In this document: positions 51,068 through 61,463 of the stretch, piece after piece
Layout: the number at the start of each line of letters is the position of its first letter
Position numbering within the stretch: the first letter of the stretch is position 1
Origin: a bacterium
GTDB lineage: Bacteria > Zixibacteria > MSB-5A5 > GN15 > FEB-12
Direction: 5' to 3'
Length of the DNA stretch: 64,000 nt
Assembly (NCBI GenBank): GCA_043811375.1
Contig: JBDRNJ010000014.1
Coordinates: forward strand, 32,001 to 96,000
Notes under the pieces: model-generated
What the model was told of the DNA's origin: nothing
What the model saw: the letters and a program-made list of their open reading frames with translations, nothing else
Database searches by the model: none
Position numbers and translations under genes: made by a program

Positions 51068-52438
51068 GTGGGTAGACAGTTCGTACTCCGATGTCTGCTG
51101 GTAACGGCGGTATTATCACGACCGGCACTTGCCGGCATCCAGGAAGATGTATTCACGGCCCGTGACAAGGTGCTGCCGGCGCTGGTGCATATTCAACCGG
51201 TTGTAAAAAACTACAACACCGGAGAATTGGAAAAGAGGGCCGTAATCGGTTCCGGTGTCATTTTCCATGAGGATGGTTACGTGGTCACCAATTTCCATGT
51301 GGCCGGCAAGGCGGAACGAATCATCTGCACCCTGTATGATAAGGAACAGGTGACGGCCGAACTGGTCGGCGGCGATCCGCCTACCGACATTGCCGTCATC
51401 AAGCTTGACCTGACCGACTACCGGGGCACGTTCGCGGTGGCCGAGTTCGGAGATTCCGATTCTCTCCAGGTGGGGCAGTACGTGCTGGCGATGGGTTCGC
51501 CGCTGTCGCTGTCGCGCTCGGTGTCGGCCGGTGTGGTATCCACCAAGGATCGCTACTTCAATCCCGACGTTCGCCTGCCCAGCGGTGAAAGGACCGGCCG
51601 TTACAATCTCTGGATTCAAACCGATGCCGCCATAAATCCCGGCAACTCCGGCGGACCGCTGGTTGATCTGTCCGGTCGGGTTATCGGTATTAACTCGCGG
51701 GCGACACTGATGGCCAACAACCTAGGTTTTGCCATTCCGATCAATGTCGTCAAGACCGCGGTACAATCCATCCTGACCGAAGGCAAGGTTGTTCGGAGCT
51801 GGATCGGACTGCACTGCCAGGCACTGCAGGAGATGGAGGAGTATTTCGGCGCCAATCGTGATGCCGGTGTGTTGATCTCGTCAATTGATCCCGGCTCACC
51901 GGCCGAAGCCGGATTTCTCAAAGCGGGTGACATTATCCTTCAAGTGGACGACCGGGCCGTTTCAGCCCGCTTCACGGAGGAAGTTCCGGCATTTTATGAC
52001 CTGATCGCCCGCTACCAGCCGGGCACGGAGATCAGTCTCAAGGTACAGCGTGGAGATTCATCGTATACATTCAAGGTAACGACACGGCAGTTGGGTGACC
52101 TGCAAGGGAAGGACTTTGAGTGCAGCGAGTGGGGCTGTACGGTTAAGGCCATCACCCGGCAAATGCAGATCGAGAATAAACTAACAGACTCCAGCGGTGT
52201 TTTTGTGACGGGCGTAAAACGCGCCAGTGCTGCTGAGGATGGCGGGCTGCGCCCCGGCGATGTGATCGTCGATATCAATGATGAGCCGTTGTCGTACCTG
52301 GGCGATTTCATCACTCGCTACAACGCGTTGACTTCGTCCGACATCGAAGGCGTTCTGCTGATGGTAAAGCGTGGCAGCAGCACGCGTTTTGCCTTTCTCA
52401 AACTGGACCGCCAGATCGGAGAGCTTGAAAATGAATAA
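51068..52438 (+). CDS. HtrA/DegP-like serine protease with two PDZ domains
   Basis: Triad TNFHV, TDIAV, INPGNSGGPL. Confidence 0.95.
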   Translation: MGRQFVLRCLLVTAVLSRPALAGIQEDVFTARDKVLPALVHIQPVVKNYNTGELEKRAVIGSGVIFHEDGYVVTNFHVAGKAERIICTLYDKEQVTAELVGGDPPTDIAVIKLDLTDYRGTFAVAEFGDSDSLQVGQYVLAMGSPLSLSRSVSAGVVSTKDRYFNPDVRLPSGERTGRYNLWIQTDAAINPGNSGGPLVDLSGRVIGINSRATLMANNLGFAIPINVVKTAVQSILTEGKVVRSWIGLHCQALQEMEEYFGANRDAGVLISSIDPGSPAEAGFLKAGDIILQVDDRAVSARFTEEVPAFYDLIARYQPGTEISLKVQRGDSSYTFKVTTRQLGDLQGKDFECSEWGCTVKAITRQMQIENKLTDSSGVFVTGVKRASAAEDGGLRPGDVIVDINDEPLSYLGDFITRYNALTSSDIEGVLLMVKRGSSTRFAFLKLDRQIGELENE

Positions 52439-53885
52439 CAGGCAGTCGCTTTATCGTTCATTCCCGAGGGGGCGGTTGGTAGTTGTTTTCTTGTGTTGCA
52501 TCATGGCACCAAACGTCTGTTCCCAGGATTTCGACTTTGACCGACTCCAGCAGCAGGTGCGTCGTTTCACAGTCATTGTCGACATGAAACTGGAGATCTC
52601 ATTTGGGATTCATACCAGCGACCAGCAGGTGCGCTACCTGGGCACCGTGGTATCCACCGATGGCCTGGTGATGTTCAACGGGGTTGATCTCGGCGACAAT
52701 CAGCTGGCCGGACTGTCACCCGTGACGGTGAAGGTCATCCCGACTCGCATTGAGGTCACTACACTTGATGGTGACGAGTACGACGGTGAGTACCTGGGCG
52801 TCGATCGTTTCACTGAAATCGGTTTCATCAGGATCACCGGCCGGAATCTACCGACCTTCACTCCCGTCGAATTCGACAGCGGGCGTACATTCGGGGTCGG
52901 CGAGTGGCTGGCCCTGTTTATGCTGTTGCCTGAATTTGCCACGCCGCCGCTGGCGGCTGATATCGGTATGATCTCAGCCGTTGTCGAATCACCGGAACTC
53001 TTTCCTCTGACGGTCGGTTATAGTCCCCTGCAAACGACTTCGGTTCTGTTTGCTGAGGACCTTCGGCCGGTGGGAGTGCTGGGAACACTGGCTGATCCAT
53101 CCCGAGCCAACACCGACGCCGGGGGGATGCTGGAATCGTTCAATCAGTTCGGCATCCCGATGTTGGGCGTCGTGACCGGCGAGCGACTCGCCAAACTGAT
53201 TGCCGACCCACCGGTCAAGGGACAGCCGGATCGCGGCTGGCTGGGGGTGTCGTTGCAGGCGCTCACCGAGGAAATGGCACAGTTCTGGGGACTGGATATC
53301 ACCGGGGGAATCATCGTCAATGATATAATCACAGGCTCACCGGCGGAAAGGGCCGGACTGCAGTTAGGCGACATAGTCTACCGGGTAGATGGTAATCAGG
53401 TAGTCGTCGACAAAGAGGACAAGCTGCCGTTGTTCCAGCGTCTGATCGCCGAACTTGGTCCCGGCGTGTCGGTAGAATTGTCGGTGCTGCGACGCAGCGA
53501 AACTGCCGTTGATACCCTGACTCTGACGGCTACGCTTCAGGAAGCCCCGCTGGCCGCATCGGATGCTCCCACTTACGAGGTCGAGGAACTGGAATTCAAA
53601 GTGCGCAGCCTGGTTTTTGCCGATTACCTGTTTCACAATCTCCAGCCCAACTCTTTCGCCGGGGTAGTCATCTCCGAACTCAAGCAAGGGGGGCCGGCTG
53701 ACGTCGGTGGCCTGCAGCCGGGAGATATCATTCAGAGCATCGGCAATGTGCCCACGGCATCCCTGGATGAATTCCAGGCGGCTGCGGAAGCGGTGGTGCT
53801 GCAACGACCGCGAGAGGTGATATTTTTCGTCTGGCGTTACAACAAGACTCTTTTTATCAACGTCAAGACAGACTGGTCGCAGTAA
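52431..53885 (+). CDS. HtrA-architecture protein lacking the catalytic triad, two PDZ domains
   Basis: RGWLGVSLQ, SPAERAGLQLGD, GGPADVGGLQPGD; triad motifs replaced. Confidence 0.85.
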   Translation: MNNRQSLYRSFPRGRLVVVFLCCIMAPNVCSQDFDFDRLQQQVRRFTVIVDMKLEISFGIHTSDQQVRYLGTVVSTDGLVMFNGVDLGDNQLAGLSPVTVKVIPTRIEVTTLDGDEYDGEYLGVDRFTEIGFIRITGRNLPTFTPVEFDSGRTFGVGEWLALFMLLPEFATPPLAADIGMISAVVESPELFPLTVGYSPLQTTSVLFAEDLRPVGVLGTLADPSRANTDAGGMLESFNQFGIPMLGVVTGERLAKLIADPPVKGQPDRGWLGVSLQALTEEMAQFWGLDITGGIIVNDIITGSPAERAGLQLGDIVYRVDGNQVVVDKEDKLPLFQRLIAELGPGVSVELSVLRRSETAVDTLTLTATLQEAPLAASDAPTYEVEELEFKVRSLVFADYLFHNLQPNSFAGVVISELKQGGPADVGGLQPGDIIQSIGNVPTASLDEFQAAAEAVVLQRPREVIFFVWRYNKTLFINVKTDWSQ

Positions 53886-53953
53886 CGACGGTCCCCGCCG
53901 GCATCTCCCGTCTGATCATGTGGGCGGACAATTTCATCGTTGGTTACTAATCG

Positions 53954-54151
53954 ATAGGTCCCGACATCTCCCTGGTGGGGTGGGGTCAGACTATTGTCGG
54001 GTTTCGCGGCCGCCAAGGGCTCCCTGGGAACACCGACCTACAGGAACTCGATCAAATACACTCTTGACGCGTGCTTTCAGAGATGACACAGTGGGTGCAT
54101 CGTTTGTTGTGGAGTTTCAACCCGACCGCCACCCGCCAGCGGTGGGTTGAA
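53954..54151. repeat. REP-like palindrome cluster between convergent genes
   Basis: GTCGGGTTTC...CCGACCTAC and TTCAACCC...GGGTTGAA hairpins. Confidence 0.55.
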
Positions 54152-54200
54152 TGACGGATTCAGCTTCACACCCAAACAGAAAATATTAATGAGAATCACT

Positions 54201-56624
54201 CTAATCGATAGTGATATCAAACGGCATTCGAGCCAGAATGCCGCCCTGCGCGTCCAGTCCCAAGCCATCCGTGAGCGTCTCTTCGGCATCATCTTTTCCA
54301 GAGAACAGACGTACCACCGCACCCAGCAGAGATTGACCGGGCCATACCAGCCACCGGCGTTTTTCAGGGTAAACGGCCAACCGGTAATCCCGCAGGCCAA
54401 GGCGTTCCGCCGTAAACTGAAGGGATTGTTGCAGACCACCCAGTTCATCCACCAGGCCGTTGGCGACCGCTTCCCGGCCGGTAAAAACTCTTCCGCGCGC
54501 CAGTGTCTCTACGGAATCAGAGGACAGACCGCGGCCGTCACCCACCAATCGGACAAAATGATCATAGAATGCCTGCAGTTGCGAGCGGTACTTGGCTCTT
54601 TCATCGGGTGTAAAAGGTCGCGTCATGGATAGCATTCCGGCATACCGGCCTCGCGTAAACAACTCCTTGCCGACACCGATTTTTTTATAGAGACCGCTCA
54701 TATCCGCTTTACCGCCGTAAATACCGATTGATCCGGTGATTGTCCCGGGACTGGCAAAGATGTGTGCCCCCGACACGGCAATATAGTAGCCGCCGGATGC
54801 GGCCACACCGGACATCGATATCACCATTGGCTTACTCTGAGCCGTTTTATGAGCATAGTGATAGATTTCCTCCCCGGCCAGCGCCAGGCCGCCGGGGGAA
54901 TTGATGCGAAAGATAATACCCTTCACCTGCGGCAGGTCGGTCACCTGTGAAAAAGACTGCTTCATATCGACCGGAGTCACCCTCTCCCCGGCACCAAACG
55001 GGAATCGCCCGCCACCGTCACCGGTGATCTCACCTTCGGCCACCACCAGTCCCAAAACCGGAGCCGGCGGCCAGCCATCGTTGACAAGAGTATCCTTTAC
55101 ATATCGGCGAAACGAGATTTCAGGCATGGCCGCCAGGAAACTCCGCGATACATCATCTCGATAGCTCAAGCCGTCGGCCAGCCCGTTCTCAACCGCTTGT
55201 TTCGAAGTAAACGGACCGTCATCGATCAAACTACGAACCGAGTCAGGCGCCAGCGATCTGCCTTCGGCAATGGCGCCGACAAACTGGTCATATATATCAT
55301 CAAGAATTCGGTTGATCTGTCGCCGGTTGGGCTCGGAGGCAACCTGTTGGGTGTAGAGTTCGGGAGCGGTTTTGTAATCACCAATACGTTCGATTTCCGC
55401 CTTGATTCCCAACTTGTCCAGAGTTCCGGCATAAAAAGACAGCTCCGCCTTCAGACCCACCAGGTTGAGCCGGCTGACCGGAGACAGGAGAATCGTATCA
55501 GCGACCGAAGCCACGAAGTAATCGATATTGCCCGGATACGACAGGTGGCAAACAACCGGTTTGTCGCGACCGGAAAAAAACTTCAGAGCCTGCCTCAGTT
55601 CCTGAGCCTGAGCGAAGTCAAGCGCCAGGCTTTTCAGACGCACCACCATCCCCGCCACCATCGGATCATCGGCTGCCCGGTATAACGTAGTCAATAGTGA
55701 AATTAGCGACATATCGCGGCGACCGAAAAACGGACGGGGAGGATTCTCGCGAACTCTTCCGGACAGGTCCACCGCCAGTTTTCGCTGCCGGGATGAGATG
55801 AGTGAATGTTGTTTCAAGCTGGAAGCACCGGCGTAGACTGTCGTTCGTTTATGATGCACATCCCGGTCAAATGTGCTCTGTCCGCCAAAAAAGCGCCGGG
55901 CAAAATTAAACCTGACACCGACCTGGAAGTTTTCCTCAGTATCTAAAGACGCCTCAACGATGAGACCCCGGTATGCTGTCGCCTCGAGGTGATACACATA
56001 GTCGGCATGGCTGAGTTTCATTTTTGTCGACAGAAACATGTCGGCGCTCAGCGTGAACAGTTTCCCCACCGGCCGCCAGGAGATCGAGTAGCGCTGCTCA
56101 GCCTCAGTCCGCCGACCATCGACGCGTCCGTGGTTGAGATTGGAGAAAACAGCCGCCCAGCGGATTGTGCGGCGTTCTCCGGATACACCGATATTCCAGA
56201 AATGACGCTTGTGGTAAATGTCTGGCCCCTGCTGGAAAAAGCGATAGGAACCACCGAACTGGAGCTTTTTCCCTAAGGACATGCCGGAAGCAAAGATACA
56301 CTCACGGTAGTTGCCGCCATCCGCCTGGTGTATGTATCGCCAGGCAACCGCCAGTTGCTCCCGATTGAGCACGGTACCCCAGCTTCTGAGATCAGTCTCA
56401 TCGGCGTACTCAGCCATGACCTGGAACCCCGACGCCCGGTAATGACCGAAAGCAGCCGGATTGACCCAGGCAGCTTCAGCCCCAAAAACAGATGCCGCCG
56501 GACGATAATAGAAGACACCCCGGGGAAGCGGTACTCTCTCACCGCTGACAGACGACACTGCCAGAGTCACCAGAGCAATGACCGTGGCTCCGAGGGCAAC
56601 GCACCTGACACGTGCAGCAGTCAT
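54201..56624 (-). CDS. sppA: Signal peptide peptidase SppA (S49, two-domain) with N-terminal beta-rich extension
   Basis: GDYKTAPE, RINSPGG, AASGGYY, TGSIG, GRVFTGREA, GLVDELGG. Confidence 0.9.
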   Translation of the reverse strand: MTAARVRCVALGATVIALVTLAVSSVSGERVPLPRGVFYYRPAASVFGAEAAWVNPAAFGHYRASGFQVMAEYADETDLRSWGTVLNREQLAVAWRYIHQADGGNYRECIFASGMSLGKKLQFGGSYRFFQQGPDIYHKRHFWNIGVSGERRTIRWAAVFSNLNHGRVDGRRTEAEQRYSISWRPVGKLFTLSADMFLSTKMKLSHADYVYHLEATAYRGLIVEASLDTEENFQVGVRFNFARRFFGGQSTFDRDVHHKRTTVYAGASSLKQHSLISSRQRKLAVDLSGRVRENPPRPFFGRRDMSLISLLTTLYRAADDPMVAGMVVRLKSLALDFAQAQELRQALKFFSGRDKPVVCHLSYPGNIDYFVASVADTILLSPVSRLNLVGLKAELSFYAGTLDKLGIKAEIERIGDYKTAPELYTQQVASEPNRRQINRILDDIYDQFVGAIAEGRSLAPDSVRSLIDDGPFTSKQAVENGLADGLSYRDDVSRSFLAAMPEISFRRYVKDTLVNDGWPPAPVLGLVVAEGEITGDGGGRFPFGAGERVTPVDMKQSFSQVTDLPQVKGIIFRINSPGGLALAGEEIYHYAHKTAQSKPMVISMSGVAASGGYYIAVSGAHIFASPGTITGSIGIYGGKADMSGLYKKIGVGKELFTRGRYAGMLSMTRPFTPDERAKYRSQLQAFYDHFVRLVGDGRGLSSDSVETLARGRVFTGREAVANGLVDELGGLQQSLQFTAERLGLRDYRLAVYPEKRRWLVWPGQSLLGAVVRLFSGKDDAEETLTDGLGLDAQGGILARMPFDITID

Positions 56625-57670
56625 TCTGTCGCTCGCAAGTAGATGTTACCTTTTCCTGAGAGTGAGGCGCTTATCAGAGCCTCACCGTCTCCGGCAACCA
56701 GGTTGAGACGATCCGGCTGCACCAGGTCGGCTTTGAACAAAAAGTCACCGACATCGATTTTCCCGCCTTCCTCAACCGCCAGCGACAACCGGGCCGACAG
56801 ATCAACCGGCACGGTGATTTCAATGTCCTCGAAACGATTGCTGATCATCACCCGGGCATCGTCGATTTCAGAAATATCTACGGTGATCGGCCCCGACTTG
56901 CCGCGAATCGAACTTCTTCCCGTGCGCAGTTTGAAGTCGGACAACTCAATACGGCCATAGCTGCTTTTGACATCTATTTGTCCGGAGAAATCATTGATCC
57001 CGATATTGCCGCCATCATTGATGAAACGGGCTGTTTGACCGTTACTGACGATCTGCCTGGCCGCCAGCGGCGCGTTGCTGGTTGAGACCAGTATTTCGCC
57101 GCTGATGTTTTCCAGATAGACGCTGCCGTTGACGGTCTTCAGGTACAACCTGGCCGTTACATTGCGAACCTCCAGTTTGCCCATCGAAGAAGGTACGTTA
57201 ACTTCCTCAAAGGGACCGTTGGCCGTAAGATCAAAGTAGGCTGCGTCAATTTCGAGGACACAGTTTTCGGGTACGACTACCTCGGCGTCCACCATTCCCG
57301 ACTCGTGGCTGCTCCATGGAGCCGGGTTGGGAGCCCGCAACTCCAGCATGACGGCCTCCGGTTTGTGATTCAATTCGATGGCGATCATGTCTATGAAATC
57401 TATGGCCTGCGACGAGGAAGATGTCCGACACTTCTTTCGATACGAAACCGAAACCTTGCTGTCAGTCGTTGTAATGACTCGCAGACTACCCTGCAGCGTA
57501 TTGGCGGAACGAATCACCACTTTCTTCTGAGTGGTGACCATAGTCGCCTTATACAGCTCTGTTGTTGAAAACAGCCCCGGTTCCTCCTCAAAAACATCCT
57601 GAGCTGTGGTCGGTGACCAAAGACCAAAAAAACACCCCACTGCAAACACGACCGACAACGACCATTTCAT
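56621..57670 (-). CDS. Exported DUF4097-like beta-repeat protein
   Basis: Signal peptide; KTVNGSV, STSNAPL, KSSYGRI, GKSGPI repeats. Confidence 0.75.
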   Translation of the reverse strand: MKWSLSVVFAVGCFFGLWSPTTAQDVFEEEPGLFSTTELYKATMVTTQKKVVIRSANTLQGSLRVITTTDSKVSVSYRKKCRTSSSSQAIDFIDMIAIELNHKPEAVMLELRAPNPAPWSSHESGMVDAEVVVPENCVLEIDAAYFDLTANGPFEEVNVPSSMGKLEVRNVTARLYLKTVNGSVYLENISGEILVSTSNAPLAARQIVSNGQTARFINDGGNIGINDFSGQIDVKSSYGRIELSDFKLRTGRSSIRGKSGPITVDISEIDDARVMISNRFEDIEITVPVDLSARLSLAVEEGGKIDVGDFLFKADLVQPDRLNLVAGDGEALISASLSGKGNIYLRATE

Positions 57671-57673
57671 ATT

Positions 57674-58468
57674 CTATCCTCGATAAGCAAAGTCATAGAT
57701 CTGTTTCATAAGTATCGACCCGGCCACGGCAGCATTTAGCGACTGCACCGACCCGGCCTGCTCGATGCGAACGCGTATATGGCAAGCATCGAGGATGCCT
57801 TGTGACAATCCGGTTGCCTCGGACCCGATAGCCAGCATAATTCTCCGTCGACACCAATCACGACGGGTTCGCAGCAGGTCCGGTCGGCCCCTGACGTCGG
57901 CCGCAATGAGCATAACTTTTTCGCGCGTCGCCAATGCCCGTGCCTGGTGCCGGCTTACCTCGGACAACGGCAAGCCGAACACAGCCCCCGCCGACGCCCG
58001 GACCACCTTGGGTGCGAATGGTTCAGCCGAGTTGCCCGTCAGCAGCATCATCTGAAAGCCAAATGCCAGCGCCGAACGGACCAGAGTGCCAAGATTACCC
58101 GGATCGGAAATATCCTCACACAACACAAGTCTACGATAACCGGTCCTGTAAAGTTCTGCCGCTTCCGTGTGAGGATGCTCAAACAGTCCCACCAAACCCT
58201 GCGGGGTCTCAGTGTCGGCAATCGATCTGAGGTCCCGAGCCGACAGGGATACGGTCTCAACTCCGGCTTTCTGCAACCTTTTTGTCAGTCTTTCAGCACG
58301 AGCCGTCATCAGTGACGAAGCATAATACAGCCGCCGGGGCAGAAAGCGATGATGCAGAGCTTCTTCCAGCAGCCTTACCCCTTCGGCCAGAAACAGGCCG
58401 CTTTGCTGCCGTCCTTTTTTTGTGAGGATCGACCTGGTTTTTTTTAATTCCGTCTGTGATAGCGACAC
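57674..58468 (-). CDS. TrmH/SpoU family RNA methyltransferase
   Basis: EG motif, SDPGNLGTLVRSA, VRASAG, GSEATGL, SLNAAVA. Confidence 0.93.
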   Translation of the reverse strand: MSLSQTELKKTRSILTKKGRQQSGLFLAEGVRLLEEALHHRFLPRRLYYASSLMTARAERLTKRLQKAGVETVSLSARDLRSIADTETPQGLVGLFEHPHTEAAELYRTGYRRLVLCEDISDPGNLGTLVRSALAFGFQMMLLTGNSAEPFAPKVVRASAGAVFGLPLSEVSRHQARALATREKVMLIAADVRGRPDLLRTRRDWCRRRIMLAIGSEATGLSQGILDACHIRVRIEQAGSVQSLNAAVAGSILMKQIYDFAYRG

Positions 58469-58531
58469 TTTTTATTACCCGACAACAGGTTGCTGGAAAA
58501 CAATGAACTCATTGTGCTCACAGGTTGGCAA

Positions 58532-61144
58532 GTGAAATCTGCTTTTATCATAGCACTCATACTATGCGCTCTGGCGGTCACGTCCGATGCCTACGGTCAA
58601 CGTATCGTCGTTGGCGGACTCAACGGTAATGCTGCCGAGGATACTACGGAAAGCTACACCATTTCAATGGCATTGTCAGGCGGCGGCGCCCGCGGGCTGG
58701 CCGTCATCGGAATCCTGAAGGCCTTCGAAGAAAAGGGAATTGAGGTAACGGCGCTGACCGGTACTTCCATCGGCGGCATCATCGGCGGCCTCTATGCCTC
58801 CGGCTACAGCCCCGACGAACTGATTTCAATAACGCGAGATATTGCTTTTAACCGGCTGCTGACCAATAGTCCCGCCCGCAAAACCATGTTCCTGACACAG
58901 CGGGAAGAGAGAGAACGCTCACTGCTGTCGATACGCTTTGACGGACTGGTGCCGGTGATCCCTCGGGGTCTCACGGCCGGGCAGAAACTCAACTCTCTGC
59001 TGACCGCCCTGACCACCAAGGCCAATTATCATTGTGGCAGTGATTTCTCCCGACTGCCGATACCATTCAGAACCATCAGCACCGATATTGTGACCGGCCG
59101 TGAAGTGGTCCATGCCGGGGGATCGCTGGCGGAAGCGATGAGAGCCACCCTGGCCTTTCCCCTGGCTTTCACCGGGCTGGACAAGGACGACCAGTTGCTG
59201 ATGGATGGTGGTATCGTCACTCCTGTCCCGGTCGATCTGGTGCGGACAATGAGTGATTCTACTGCGCTGGTGGTGGCAGTCAACACGTCCAGCCCGCTGC
59301 TGGCCAAACGTGACCTGGTGACACCGGTGGACATTGCCAACCAGGTAACAACCATCATGTCACGCGACCGATTGGCTGCTCAAATGCGGGCAGCAGACTA
59401 TGCCATTGAACCACCTCTGGATGGTTTCTCCTCGGTTGATTTCAAGCATCGCGACACATTAGTCGAGATCGGCTACCGGACCGGCCTGACTGCCGCCGAC
59501 AGCATTACCGACATTTTGGACCAACGGCGTCATGAGACCGAGATCAGCATTGTGCAAGTTAATGTAAAGTGTCACTCCTCGGCTCTGGCTGACACGATCA
59601 GCGACAGGCTCGGTAACATAACAGTCACACGGGCGCAACTCGTCTCTTTACTGCAATCACTGCTGGATGAGTTTGATCTCTTCCGTTTGATGGCTGACCT
59701 GTTACCCTGCCGTGACTCGGCGCTGCCGACGGAGACCATTTGCCTTGAGATTGTGGCCGACCAGTGTATACGGATGCGTGACGCAGACTTCAGGTTTATC
59801 GGCAACACCGTGTTTGACAGCACTCAACCGGCGACCCACTTTAACGGCGGGGATACGCTTCTGACACCACAACGACTGCGGCAGGGACTGGACGCCATTA
59901 TCGACATGTACCACAATGAGGGGTATGACCTGGCCGTCATTAAAGACGTGACCATTGACATGAAGGCACTGGAGGTGTCAGTGGTTATTGACGAAGCTAT
60001 CATCAGGCGGATCGACGTCGACCGGAACGAGCGCACGCGAGACTGGTTTGTCCGATCCCTGTTCCCGCTGAAAGTCGGTCAGCCCTATTCAACGTCGCAA
60101 GCGTCAAAGGGCATTGCCAACATTTTCGGCAGCGACCTGTTTGACCAGGTAATGGTCGACCTGGTGTCATACCGGGACGGCGCAGTTGTCAAGATCAGTG
60201 TCGAAGAGAAACAACAGCCGGTGGTACGCTTAGGCTGGCACTGGGATGATGAGTACCAGTCGGAAGAGTTTATCGAGGTTCTCGATGACAACATCATCGG
60301 TATTGGCCTGCAACTGTTGCTGCACAGCCGCTATGCGCGCGACAGTCAGAACCATTTCGCATCTCTCAAGACTGATCGCATCTTCTCCACCTACATGACC
60401 GCTCGTCTGGGTGCCTATCACCGACGCCTCAAGCGGCATCTCTTCGACACCGACGGCGCTCGGGCAGATGAACGGACGGAGCTACGCACCGGCGCTGAGT
60501 TCGGCCTGGGGCAACAAATCGCCCGACTGGGCACGGTATCAGCCGGTCTGGTTTTTGAACAACTCGATTACCGTCACCCGCTCGATTACCACCGCGAAGT
60601 ATTGGACCTGCGGATGCTCAAGTTCACTTCCGAAGTGGAAACGTTCGACCGTGTGCCGTTTCCCCGGACAGGCAAGAAACACCTGTTTGAACTGCAATTC
60701 GCAGGAAAATACCTTGGTGGTGAAACGGAGTTTACACGCTTTTTCACTTCCATAGAAGCATACTTTGCGCTGAAACCATATCTGAATTACCATCCCAAAC
60801 TGGCTGTCGGTCTGTCACGCTCGAACCTGCCGGTCTCGGAGAGATTTTACCTGGGGGGGATGCATTCCTTTATGGGATTCCGCACCCATCAATTATCAGG
60901 AGACAAGCTGTTCATGCTTTCCAACGAGTTACGCCTGAAGCTGCCGCTGTGGCTCTACCTGACCGCACGGCACGACATGGGCGAAGTCTACACCGCCGCC
61001 GATGAGATCAAGCTGCGCAACCTGCGCCATGGTGTCGGCCTGTTTTTATCGCTGGACTCCCCTATCGGACCGGTGGAATTCGGATACGGTGTCGCCGACA
61101 CCGACGAAGAACGCTTCTATTTGAACGTGGGGTATACGTTCTGA
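58532..61144 (+). CDS. Patatin-POTRA-Omp85 barrel protein (PlpD/type Vd-like)
   Basis: SGGGARG, GTSIG, DGG; POTRA-like GNTVF; RFYLGGMHSFMGF; SPIGPVEF; C-terminal GYTF. Confidence 0.88.
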   Translation: MKSAFIIALILCALAVTSDAYGQRIVVGGLNGNAAEDTTESYTISMALSGGGARGLAVIGILKAFEEKGIEVTALTGTSIGGIIGGLYASGYSPDELISITRDIAFNRLLTNSPARKTMFLTQREERERSLLSIRFDGLVPVIPRGLTAGQKLNSLLTALTTKANYHCGSDFSRLPIPFRTISTDIVTGREVVHAGGSLAEAMRATLAFPLAFTGLDKDDQLLMDGGIVTPVPVDLVRTMSDSTALVVAVNTSSPLLAKRDLVTPVDIANQVTTIMSRDRLAAQMRAADYAIEPPLDGFSSVDFKHRDTLVEIGYRTGLTAADSITDILDQRRHETEISIVQVNVKCHSSALADTISDRLGNITVTRAQLVSLLQSLLDEFDLFRLMADLLPCRDSALPTETICLEIVADQCIRMRDADFRFIGNTVFDSTQPATHFNGGDTLLTPQRLRQGLDAIIDMYHNEGYDLAVIKDVTIDMKALEVSVVIDEAIIRRIDVDRNERTRDWFVRSLFPLKVGQPYSTSQASKGIANIFGSDLFDQVMVDLVSYRDGAVVKISVEEKQQPVVRLGWHWDDEYQSEEFIEVLDDNIIGIGLQLLLHSRYARDSQNHFASLKTDRIFSTYMTARLGAYHRRLKRHLFDTDGARADERTELRTGAEFGLGQQIARLGTVSAGLVFEQLDYRHPLDYHREVLDLRMLKFTSEVETFDRVPFPRTGKKHLFELQFAGKYLGGETEFTRFFTSIEAYFALKPYLNYHPKLAVGLSRSNLPVSERFYLGGMHSFMGFRTHQLSGDKLFMLSNELRLKLPLWLYLTARHDMGEVYTAADEIKLRNLRHGVGLFLSLDSPIGPVEFGYGVADTDEERFYLNVGYTF

Positions 61145-61196
61145 GGTGGGCTGTAGTTCACGTGCGATGGTTCGGCTTCACTCACCATGACAGCCA

Positions 61197-61370
61197 GTAG
61201 GTGGCATCGCCACTCTTGTAAGAAACCCGACACGGTGGGTTTGGCTGTGGGAATTGCCCGCATTTGAGAACGTCGGTGTCGGGTTTCTTGTCCCGTCGGA
61301 CGGGACTGTGGAACCCGACCTACTTTCCTGGTTCAGTCAGGTCTTGCGGCGCAGCCGTGTGACCTGACTA
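61197..61370. repeat. REP-like palindrome cluster
   Basis: AAGAAACCCGACAC/GTGTCGGGTTTCTT inverted pair, GTCCCGTC/GACGGGAC, CCCGACCTAC, GTCAGGTC/GACCTGAC. Confidence 0.7.
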
Positions 61371-61463
61371 ATTGCTCAAGCGGCATGTCACACCACCACC
61401 TGCGGTGGCGCCAAGACCAGCCGCAACTAAACAATGCATCCCGAGTAGGGTACATATCATGTA

